A stretch of DNA of 40,824 nt. Origin: a virus. Lineage: Duplodnaviria; Caudoviricetes. Position numbers and translations under genes: made by a program. The stretch lies in the IMG/VR virus record IMGVR_UViG_3300037714_000079, positions 1 to 40,824 of that record; one strand, given 5' to 3'. The notes below the pieces were generated by a model. That model was given only the letters and a program-made list of their open reading frames with translations. It ran no database searches and was not told the DNA's origin. Positions 1 through 6,932 of the stretch are shown one piece after another (the stretch's first letter is position 1; each line of letters opens with the position of its first letter).

Positions 1-477
1 ATGCCCCTGCCGCAAGATCTTTAGACCGTCACCTGGAGCCCCCCTAGGTATGCTGTTTACGCACTTGTCAAGAGCTTATACAAAGTTGTTATCACCCCGA
101 TTAACACAGCTCGAACCACGGCCCTCGACAGGGGCCGTTGCTGGTAATCAAATGAGAACGAGCAATCTCAAGCTAAGAGAAGTGTGTACAACGGGGTACG
201 CCTGTTCAATGCACCCGAACAAAGCACAACGCTGAACACGTGATGCAGAGATACATGAGGTTAGCTGTGTGAACCAAGCAGCAGAGGACAGCACAGGTAT
301 GCAGCACAACCACGTAAGGGCTGCTTCCCACACTAGGTACTAGCCAGGGATGGCCCATAGGCCCACCTAGATGGCCCGTAGGCGGCCTTGGGGACCTTGA
401 CTAGGGTCCTTACACCCGAGAGGGGGTTAAGACCGTAGGCGGGCCTCTATGTATAGCCCCGAAACAGGCCCCTCATG

Positions 478-511
478 GAACAAGGCCCCGGCTGATAAGC
501 CAGAGCCTTGT
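478..511 (-). terminator. Terminator-like hairpin after the leftward tRNA/membrane-protein unit
   Basis: Minus strand ACAAGGCTCTGGCT-TATC-AGCCGGGGCCTTGT, 14 bp including 2 G-U pairs; weak U tract. Confidence 0.5.
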
Positions 512-546
512 AGGGAGGAGGGGGAGGGGGTGTGTAGACCCCCCTT

Positions 547-711
547 TTAACGTGGAGGATCTTGGGTCGTAGAGGTGATCACAGTCGTGTTCGCACCCTT
601 GAGGGCGAGGATGAACCAGATAGGCAGCCACAGGCCACCCGTACAGATCGACAAGATCAGGTGTAAGACGTGGTTAGGTCCAGTCTTGACCACTGAGGTG
701 CTTGTACCCAT
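547..711 (-). CDS. Small membrane protein (NHxLHLILSxxTxGLWLxxW type)
   Basis: Hydrophobic segment with a motif common in phage small membrane proteins; start taken at ATG 711 behind GGAG. Confidence 0.7.
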   Translation of the reverse strand: MGTSTSVVKTGPNHVLHLILSICTGGLWLPIWFILALKGANTTVITSTTQDPPR

Positions 712-778
712 GCTGCTGCTCCGTTCAGGGACATCTCTGCTAGGAGACAAGTCGATGCCTGGGCTGCCGACGTTACAG

Positions 779-844
779 TTGCGGGGGTGGGACTCGAACC
801 CACGCGCTACGGCTCATGAAGCCGCTGATCTGCCAACCCGGATC
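779..844 (-). pseudogene. Truncated tRNA with CAT anticodon (Met/Ile2-like), lacking the 5' acceptor strand
   Basis: D-stem GATC/GATC, anticodon arm GCGGC-TTCATGA-GCCGT, T-arm GTGGG-TTCGAGT-CCCAC, 3' acceptor CCCCGCA-A; no complementary 5' strand. Confidence 0.7.
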
Positions 845-853
845 GGTGTCTAG

Positions 854-922
854 CCCGGGTGGAGAATCGAACTCCCGTTAGCGGTTTTGGAGACCGCCGC
901 TCTACCATTGAGCTACACCCGA
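854..922 (-). tRNA. tRNA-Trp(CCA) with shortened T-stem
   Basis: TCGGGTG-TA-GCTC AATGGTA GAGC-G-GCGGT CTCCAAA ACCGC-TAAC-GGGAG TTCGATT CTC-CACCCGG-G; T-stem 3' strand is 2 nt short; followed by CTA, not CCA. Confidence 0.8.
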
Positions 923-924
923 CC

Positions 925-1455
925 AGGAACAGAACCAGGCCCCCAGGACTTCTTCGGGACCGAACGGGCTGTGAACCCGGCCTGGTTCTGTTCTCGCCTG
1001 CTTGGACGGCCGAATGATCCCGTATTTCTCCGCAGAGTCGTGGCTGCCCACGAAGGTTCATTCGGTTCAGGTCCCCACTTAAGCGCCCGGCGTAGGCGCA
1101 CCCACGTCAACAACCTATGCCGATCTACATCGGGTACGAGGGTTTCCCGTCGTAGAGTGTTGCCCGTAGGTTAGTCACATCACTACCGTTAGCGGTAGTG
1201 ATGTGACAAGTTAGAAACCCTGGGCACGAGGCCCAGGGCGGGATATCCGTGATAAGACCTCGTGTACGGATATAACCACGGTGCAGCCGCTGTACACACG
1301 CTGCATCGGCAGGGATCACCGCCGTCGCGGGAGGGCCTTACCGGTCAAAGCTAAGACCCAGGCACACTGTGTGTCGTTTAAAACTCGGTCCTAAGACAGC
1401 CGAGTTCCTGGGTGGAAGCCGTGTTTGTCACCCGGTTCGGCATCCGGGTAGCGCT
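925..1455. ncRNA. Putative large structured non-coding RNA
   Basis: About 10 consecutive or nested helices of 6-15 bp, complementary loops, no credible ORF; strand ambiguous. Confidence 0.55.
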
Positions 1456-1464
1456 TGTTAGTCG

Positions 1465-1692
1465 TCAGCGCTGGTCTGTACTACGTACGTAGGCCACAAG
1501 CCTACGAAGGCGGGTTCTCGTACTCATCCTCAGGGCTCGCTTGGCTGCGGGACGTGAGCTATGGGTGTCGAACTTACGGCGAACGGCGCTCATAGCGCAG
1601 TATGAGCACCCGGTACCACACACCCGGACGTAGGAAGCTACCCCTCGGGACTGGCGTACCCACCAAGGGGCCGTCTTGTACGTTCGGCTCAT
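1465..1692 (-). CDS. Small Arg-rich protein with Cys cluster (MSRTxKxxPxWV type)
   Basis: GAGGGG SD before ATG; basic composition; CGTGCSYC. Confidence 0.65.
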   Translation of the reverse strand: MSRTYKTAPWWVRQSRGVASYVRVCGTGCSYCAMSAVRRKFDTHSSRPAAKRALRMSTRTRLRRLVAYVRSTDQR

Positions 1693-1987
1693 AGCCCCTC
1701 ATCGACTAACCCCGGCGGGGAGCCCACCCGACAGGGGAGAGGCTGCCAAGGGTTAGCTCAACCCACCGGGGACCCGTGTAAGCATCTTGGATTTCGCCGT
1801 TAGCTTCTAGGGGTTAACTACTAGCTATCTGTTACTAACCTTAACGGTCATCCTCCGGATGACCTCCGGATGACCTTAGGTTCTCTGTAGTTATCTCTTA
1901 GTACTTAGTAGGTGTAGTTGCGCCGTTTGAAGGCGCAACACGGGCCCTCCAAATATCACCCGTATGGGGGAGGGTAGAGAGCTGTTG

Positions 1988-2017
1988 CTTGACATATGCC
2001 ACAGGCACGAGGACAGT
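1988..2017 (+). promoter_or_regulatory. Early promoter overlapped by an operator (CTTGACATATGCCA)
   Basis: TTGACA-17 nt-GACAGT; the 14-mer recurs at 6677 and 11497; same geometry as L5 Pleft/operator. Confidence 0.65.
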
Positions 2018-2019
2018 CA

Positions 2020-2380
2020 ACCGTGTCAGGTCGACCAGGAACACCGGGAGGCCCGGCAGCACCGGGGACACGGACTGACTCCGTCCTAGCAGCGGAGCGA
2101 GCCAGCAACGGGAACCGGGATCCGTCGCCGAAGAGTGGACGCATAGACCAGGGCCTGATAGCCCCTGGAGACCACGCAGAGGGGGCGAGCGGGGCGGCGA
2201 CTGTCGGGAGACAGATAGCGCCCGCTGATCAGGGCCACCCGGCTAGGCAGCCAGGGTGTAGCTCCGAGGTTCACATGATCTTCCTGGGACGGGACAGCCG
2301 AGAACGTTCGGATCCACTGTTTCTAGCGGGCGACTCGGAGAGCATTCCAACAGGGTTCGATTCCCTCGGGTTGGCGCTTA
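2020..2380 (+). ncRNA. Structured leader/ncRNA ending in a tRNA T-arm-like module
   Basis: Multiple helices, GGGA tetraloop, long-range GGATCCG/CGGATCC pairing, AGGG-TTCGATT-CCCT arm. Confidence 0.55.
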
Positions 2381-2399
2381 AAGCAGAGGAGATGCTCGC

Positions 2400-2699
2400 A
2401 TGGCCCCCTTCCAATTCATCACTGACGATTGCCTCCGCGTAGGTACTTGTGTTTGCGGCTTCTGTAAGCGGATGTGGATCACGTCCACCGAGATTATTCG
2501 TGACTGCGAAAACGGCGACTGCCGTCGGGTAGCGGAAACGAACTGCCCCAGGTTCGGCTACAAAGTGTGCAAGAACCACGCTCACGCCAACTGCCATAAC
2601 CACGTCAAAGGGGCCGAGTGCACGACCCGGCTTCACCTGGATCTCCGCCCGCATACCCCGGAGTGGCTCCGAGGAGTGAAAACAAATGGCGACGGTTGA
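2400..2699 (+). CDS. Cys/His-rich hypothetical protein (putative Zn-binding)
   Basis: GAGGAG SD; many Cys and His residues. Confidence 0.65.
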   Translation: MAPFQFITDDCLRVGTCVCGFCKRMWITSTEIIRDCENGDCRRVAETNCPRFGYKVCKNHAHANCHNHVKGAECTTRLHLDLRPHTPEWLRGVKTNGDG

Positions 2700-2916
2700 A
2701 GAGTTTAAGGACATATATGACATCCTGCCGGATGTCTCCATCGACTATCGGAACTGGTACGAGTGTGAACGCGCCGTTCTGAATCCCGCGCTGGTTGCTG
2801 CTGGTTACCAGCCGGGTCGCTGGTACACGACGGAGAGCGATTCCTGTGGGCCCCTGGGTCGTGCCATGAACGCGTACGACCCGGAGGGGCATCTCATGAC
2901 AATCTGCTACGGCTAA
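2686..2916 (+). CDS. Hypothetical protein
   Basis: GAGGAG SD; overlaps the upstream gene. Confidence 0.7.
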   Translation: MATVEEFKDIYDILPDVSIDYRNWYECERAVLNPALVAAGYQPGRWYTTESDSCGPLGRAMNAYDPEGHLMTICYG

Positions 2917-2938
2917 GTCGTTATCGGCTGGGAGGCGC

Positions 2939-3133
2939 GTGAAGGTTACCGCCACATTTGGGCACTTTCCGCTACCCGTTCGAGGGCATACGACCATTGG
3001 AAAGCCCTACCGCCCACTGAGTTTGCCCGAGCCGTGGCTAGCGAACTCGCGAGGCGTATTCCTAACGCCTCTTATCACCGATAGTCGCCTATTCGTCATC
3101 ACGCTCCCGGAGGAGTACCAGTCCTATGATTAA
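2939..3133 (+). CDS. Hypothetical protein
   Basis: GGAGG SD, GTG start. Confidence 0.6.
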   Translation: MKVTATFGHFPLPVRGHTTIGKPYRPLSLPEPWLANSRGVFLTPLITDSRLFVITLPEEYQSYD

Positions 3134-3410
3134 CACCACGGACACACTAGTCGGGCTATCAAAAGCGCTCGACGTCTACCTGAAGTCAGGCATGGAAGTG
3201 TCTATCGGCTACTTCCGTAATGCGAACCATCTCTCTGGAAAACTACTGGTCGCCAACGACGTCACCTTTTGTGGTGGCGCTAATGACTATTACCAGATGC
3301 CAGAGACAATTCTCCCGTGGGTGGACATTAAGGAGATGGTTGGGGAGGGGTTCGGCGCGGAACGTATTACTCAGGTCGCTTGGGCAGCTACGCCGAAGTG
3401 GTATCGGTGA
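3126..3410 (+). CDS. Hypothetical protein
   Basis: GGAGGAG SD; tight packing with neighbours. Confidence 0.7.
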   Translation: MINTTDTLVGLSKALDVYLKSGMEVSIGYFRNANHLSGKLLVANDVTFCGGANDYYQMPETILPWVDIKEMVGEGFGAERITQVAWAATPKWYR

Positions 3411-3610
3411 GTAAACCGACGTTAGGAGACGTCCCTCTGCAACTGATTCGGCAGGGCGGGAGAACCTGTGTAGGTGGGGACTGCAATGCCTTTGGCTGCC
3501 CACATCCGTTCACCCTGCATGACAATGGTACCGGTCGTTGTCGAGGCATCCGAGAGCACTTCGGAAACGGCCCCGATACACTTTGTGACTGTGATCATTT
3601 TGTCACCTAA
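3407..3610 (+). CDS. Small Cys/His Zn-binding protein
   Basis: GTGA overlap start; C..GCxHxxxxH..C..CxCxxF pattern. Confidence 0.6.
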   Translation: MSKPTLGDVPLQLIRQGGRTCVGGDCNAFGCPHPFTLHDNGTGRCRGIREHFGNGPDTLCDCDHFVT

Positions 3611-3637
3611 AGCCACACTGACCCCGGAGGAGTATTA

Positions 3638-3817
3638 GTGAATCCTGAATACGACACCATAGGCCACATGTACGACGAACTCCTTCGCCGTAAGGAGATG
3701 GGTGAAAAGCTAGGGGTAAGCACAGCGAATCAGGCTTTGCTAGACCAGGCGTGTAGTTCGGCCGGATGGCTCTGGGTACGCCTTCACCGTCAGAGGGCAG
3801 CTTCGAGGGCAAACTAG
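3638..3817 (+). CDS. Hypothetical protein, 59 aa (MNPEYDTIGH...), not in the ORF track
   Basis: Read by hand: GGAGGAG SD, GTG start, TAG at 3815-3817. Confidence 0.65.
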   Translation: MNPEYDTIGHMYDELLRRKEMGEKLGVSTANQALLDQACSSAGWLWVRLHRQRAASRAN

Positions 3818-3824
3818 TCCGTCG

Positions 3825-3934
3825 TGGCAGGTTGGGTCATCCGCTGGGTGGCCCTTCCCGCGCCGACGGGCGCGAGGGCTCCCTACGTCGGCGGTGTCGA
3901 CGTAGGTTGAGCCCGCCAGCTAAGCTGTGTGCCA
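3825..3934 (+). ncRNA. Compact multibranch structured intergenic element
   Basis: Three internal hairpins closed by TGGCA/TGCCA; G-U pairs favour the + strand. Confidence 0.5.
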
Positions 3935-3961
3935 GTTCAACTAGGTAAGGGGCGTTGAAGG

Positions 3962-4141
3962 ATGCACGAAGGTCTGCCTGCCCTGCCGGAAGATGTCTAC
4001 GAGGCCAAGGACGGACATACGTACGAGATTCGTATCTTGCCCGACACGGACCCCCTATTGTGTAAGGTGTATCGTGACGGGGAGTTGCACAATACGTTTT
4101 ATACTGTTGACTTCGCTCGAAGAGTCTATCGCAGTATGTGA
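3962..4141 (+). CDS. Hypothetical protein, 59 aa (MHEGLPALPEDVYEAK...), not in the ORF track
   Basis: Read by hand; fills the gap in the operon. Confidence 0.55.
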   Translation: MHEGLPALPEDVYEAKDGHTYEIRILPDTDPLLCKVYRDGELHNTFYTVDFARRVYRSM

Positions 4142-4159
4142 GATAAGGAGCCACCACAA

Positions 4160-4354
4160 GTGCCGGAAGAATGGCTACTGTTGGTAACGGCGAAAGACGT
4201 GACACCTGAAGTCCTTGCTATCGAGGGGCCTTTAGTCCGGGACAGAATCCGAACCGATATCGTAGAGTCGCTAACGGAGCTTGGGTATACCCCGGAGTGG
4301 TCTGCTGACTCCGGGGTGATCTGTGTAAGGCTAACGGATTACAAGAAAGGCTAA
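4160..4354 (+). CDS. Hypothetical protein
   Basis: AAGGAG SD, GTG start. Confidence 0.65.
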   Translation: MPEEWLLLVTAKDVTPEVLAIEGPLVRDRIRTDIVESLTELGYTPEWSADSGVICVRLTDYKKG

Positions 4355-4359
4355 GCGCC

Positions 4360-4503
4360 GTGAAAGTCTCTGTAGCGATCATGGTGGACATCCCGGATAC
4401 GGCCAAGTGGACACTGGCATACGGGACTGAGGGCATTAAGGAGATTCGCCAGGACGTCAAGAACTACGTCGGGAACCTTGTTCAGCAGTCAGAGATGGGC
4501 TGA
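4360..4503 (+). CDS. Hypothetical protein, 47 aa (MKVSVAIMVDIPD...), possibly frameshifted near its end
   Basis: Read by hand; AAAGG SD; +1 frame continues to 4534. Confidence 0.55.
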   Translation: MKVSVAIMVDIPDTAKWTLAYGTEGIKEIRQDVKNYVGNLVQQSEMG

Positions 4504-4730
4504 CGAGGTTGGGGCGACGATCACGTGGAGGTAGACCCCTTCTCACGGCCTGAGAAGCACCCGCGCACATGGGTGAACTTAGGAGATCCTTTAGACAGTA
4601 CTCCAAGTGGGCTAATCCCCTGGTCGGTTGAGGTTTCCAGTTACTCGTCGTGGTCGACCCAGGAGCCCTAAATCTCGAACGTACGTGCGGCCTGAGTGAC
4701 AAACCCGCTGGTCAGGCGTAGTCTAGGCCC

Positions 4731-4746
4731 TGTGAAGTAGATCACA
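4731..4746. promoter_or_regulatory. CRP/GlxR-type binding box
   Basis: TGTGA-AGTAGA-TCACA, an exact TGTGA-N6-TCACA consensus in the intergenic region before the repressor. Confidence 0.55.
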
Positions 4747-4901
4747 GTGACACAACGATCGGCACTGTCCCGTTAACGACAGGGTGTAGTCCGAACGATG
4801 TAGCGGTTAACAGGCTGTAACCGGCGGCGCAGAGCCCTTAACTTGTCGATGGTAGGAGCACATGTAAAGTAATCCCCACAACGACGAAGGGGATTACCAC
4901 G

Positions 4902-5411
4902 ATGGCCAGGAAGCGCACGACGTCCAGAAAAGAGATTGAAGGTCTCTTGGACCAGGGCTTCACAAGGGTCGAGGTAGCGAAGATTTTGGGCATAACCCGG
5001 TCGGGGGTTAACTGGTACCTACTAAACACAGGTGACAAGCCCCTAGAGTACACCGTAGAGCGGGTGAAGCGAATGTTGCCGTGGAGTATATCCGGGGAAA
5101 CCGTTCAGGCTATCCCCTACAGGCAGGTACTCCTACACCTAGAGTACTCCGAAACCCACGGCAAAGGGATGTCCAAGGAGAAGCTTCGAAAGCTCAAGGC
5201 TTTCTACGAACGGCTGACGAGGTTCTCCACGGTAGTTCGCTACGACCCGGATATCCCTCCGCTTCCTGGAAACCGTTTCGGAAGCTTTGAATACGTACCA
5301 CGAGTAGAAAGCGACGGGGACCTTATCATCCGGGTCGACAACAATACAAAAATACCGGCCGATAACCGGATGAGGTGGTCACTCCCAGCACGGGAAGATT
5401 GGCCGGAGTAG
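4902..5411 (+). CDS. Immunity repressor (mycobacteriophage cluster A / L5 gp71-like)
   Basis: N-terminal HTH (GFTRVEVAKILGITRSGVNW); C-terminal motifs PW, HLEY, YDPxIPP, FxYVPR, DxDLIIRV. Confidence 0.85.
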   Translation: MARKRTTSRKEIEGLLDQGFTRVEVAKILGITRSGVNWYLLNTGDKPLEYTVERVKRMLPWSISGETVQAIPYRQVLLHLEYSETHGKGMSKEKLRKLKAFYERLTRFSTVVRYDPDIPPLPGNRFGSFEYVPRVESDGDLIIRVDNNTKIPADNRMRWSLPAREDWPE

Positions 5412-5423
5412 GTAAGGCCCCAC

Positions 5424-5717
5424 ATGTCAGCTAAGATGATTGCTAAGGTAGTCGGCAAGGTATTCGCATACAGGGACGGGGCCTTGCTGACTGTGATTCG
5501 GGGCAAGGGTGCCAGTCCGTACGGACTGGCCCTCGCGCCGGTTCGCTGCCTCTTGGTCGAACACTGCCACACCCTGGGGTATCGAGGGCGCAACGGAGAC
5601 GGCGACGAGGAACCTGAGTGGGCCCGGGGCGCTGAGATATCGATCTACAAGATATGGGCGGTCTGCCCCCCGTACGAACACGAATGCGTTGTGGAGGTTT
5701 CTTATGTCGCGAGCTAA
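5424..5717 (+). CDS. Hypothetical protein
   Basis: ORF directly after the repressor, in operon orientation. Confidence 0.65.
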   Translation: MSAKMIAKVVGKVFAYRDGALLTVIRGKGASPYGLALAPVRCLLVEHCHTLGYRGRNGDGDEEPEWARGAEISIYKIWAVCPPYEHECVVEVSYVAS

Positions 5718-5862
5718 ATCCTTAGGCACTGCCGTGGGGTTGGCCTTGTTCGTTATCAGCTTGGCCGCTTGGATGTGGACCGGCGAATGGCGATGGGCTG
5801 TTACTGGTACCGTCCTCGTTCTCCTGGGGGCGATTGTGGATGTCGTCCGTGGTCGTACGTGA
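5704..5862 (+). CDS. Small two-TM membrane protein
   Basis: GGAGG SD; MSRAKSLGTAVGLALFVISLAAWMWTGEWRWAVTGTVLVLLG... Confidence 0.7.
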   Translation: MSRAKSLGTAVGLALFVISLAAWMWTGEWRWAVTGTVLVLLGAIVDVVRGRT

Positions 5863-6674
5863 AAACACCCGACGAGCGCCACGAGGAGTACAAGACCCGC
5901 CCCCGGAGCTGGAGTCAGCTCACTAGCTACGAGAGCTGCCCCCATGCCTACTACCTGGAGCGGATAGCACAGGTCTGGCAGCGACCGGCCGCATGGTTCG
6001 CTACCGGTCTCGGGGTACATGCGGGTGTGGAAGCCCACGAGAAGAGTGAAGCACCCGACGTTGACTCCATGCTCCTAGTGGCTCAGGAGGCGTTCAGGGC
6101 TGATATTGAGGCCCGCCTAGAGCCCACACCCAACGCGGAGTATTGGCAGTCCTCAGGCCGTTATCACGGCCCGGAAGACATCCCTAGGCGCTATCAGGAT
6201 CTACGTAGGCACTTGGAGAACTATCTCCAGGTGTCGGCCGTCCGGCCCCCGGTTATGAGGCTAGATGACGCGCCAGCTGTTGAGTGGGTGATGGATTTCA
6301 ACCTAGACGGCGTTCGAGTTATAGGGTTCGCCGATCAGATCCGTGAAGGCGAGATCGTAGACGTCAAAGCGGGTAGCATGGTCCCGGATAATCCCGGGCA
6401 GCTCGCGGTAGGCGCTGAGGCTATCCGCCAGAAGACCGGGGAAAAGATTACCCGAGGCATCTACATCATGACAGCCAAGCCCCCGACCCCCAAGGGGCGG
6501 ATATCAGCGGCCCAAGTCGTGGAGAAAGATCTCACCACGATCCCCGTGGAAACCCTGACGGCCCGGTTCCATGCGGCCGATGAGGGGATCAAGGCGGGCA
6601 ACTGGGACCCGAAACCGGGCGATCAATGTCGGCGGTGCTCTGTCGCATCGTCATGCGATTTTCGCGTGCTCTAA
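5859..6674 (+). CDS. Cas4-like / PD-(D/E)XK exonuclease
   Basis: SWSQLxxYxxCP, GxxVH, GFADQ..DVK, C-terminal CxxCxxxxxC Fe-S ligands; GTGA overlap start. Confidence 0.88.
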   Translation: MKTPDERHEEYKTRPRSWSQLTSYESCPHAYYLERIAQVWQRPAAWFATGLGVHAGVEAHEKSEAPDVDSMLLVAQEAFRADIEARLEPTPNAEYWQSSGRYHGPEDIPRRYQDLRRHLENYLQVSAVRPPVMRLDDAPAVEWVMDFNLDGVRVIGFADQIREGEIVDVKAGSMVPDNPGQLAVGAEAIRQKTGEKITRGIYIMTAKPPTPKGRISAAQVVEKDLTTIPVETLTARFHAADEGIKAGNWDPKPGDQCRRCSVASSCDFRVL

Positions 6675-6676
6675 TA

Positions 6677-6690
6677 CTTGACATATGCCA
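6677..6690 (+). promoter_or_regulatory. Stoperator-like repressor site CTTGACATATGCCA
   Basis: Exact copy of 1988-2001, 2 nt after a stop codon. Confidence 0.7.
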
Positions 6691-6719
6691 AGGGCATATA
6701 GAAAGCCAAAGTGATTCCG

Positions 6720-6932
6720 ATGACTGACAAACTTGAACCCTTTGAGATCTACGCCGAAGGCGACGAGGACTACGAAACCCCGAGTGTCCTCGACACGTAC
6801 GAGCGGGTAGTTACCCTGATTCGGGAACTGGCCACGCTGGCTCCCCGTCTACCAACGTTGCCAGAGATGACAGACGCCGATGAGGCCCTCCGGGCACTGC
6901 GGCATCTTCGCCGTCAGCTCGAAGGGAGTTGA
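6720..6932 (+). CDS. Hypothetical protein
   Basis: ORF in operon. Confidence 0.65.
   Translation: MTDKLEPFEIYAEGDEDYETPSVLDTYERVVTLIRELATLAPRLPTLPEMTDADEALRALRHLRRQLEGS

Noticed and set aside
50-333. Short ORFs on both strands near the left end
   Set aside because: No SD or recognisable motifs; more likely non-coding end region
512-548. G-rich tract as a G-quadruplex or + strand terminator
   Set aside because: No + strand gene upstream; the sequence alone does not support a function
875-1195. Shared 11-mer ACCGCTAACGG (minus strand) in tRNA-Trp and the 1174-1207 hairpin
   Set aside because: Single short match, compatible with chance
807-1319. Several 60-95 aa ORFs over the tRNA/structured region
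   Set aside because: They overlap tRNAs and hairpins, with no RBS or protein-like signal
1996-2442. 148-aa + strand ORF
   Set aside because: Starts inside the operator/promoter with no SD, has low-complexity composition, overlaps the 2400 gene and coincides with an RNA-like structured region
5859-6674. Cas4-like gene as evidence of a CRISPR system
   Set aside because: No repeat-spacer array or other cas genes seen; solo Cas4-like nucleases are common in phages
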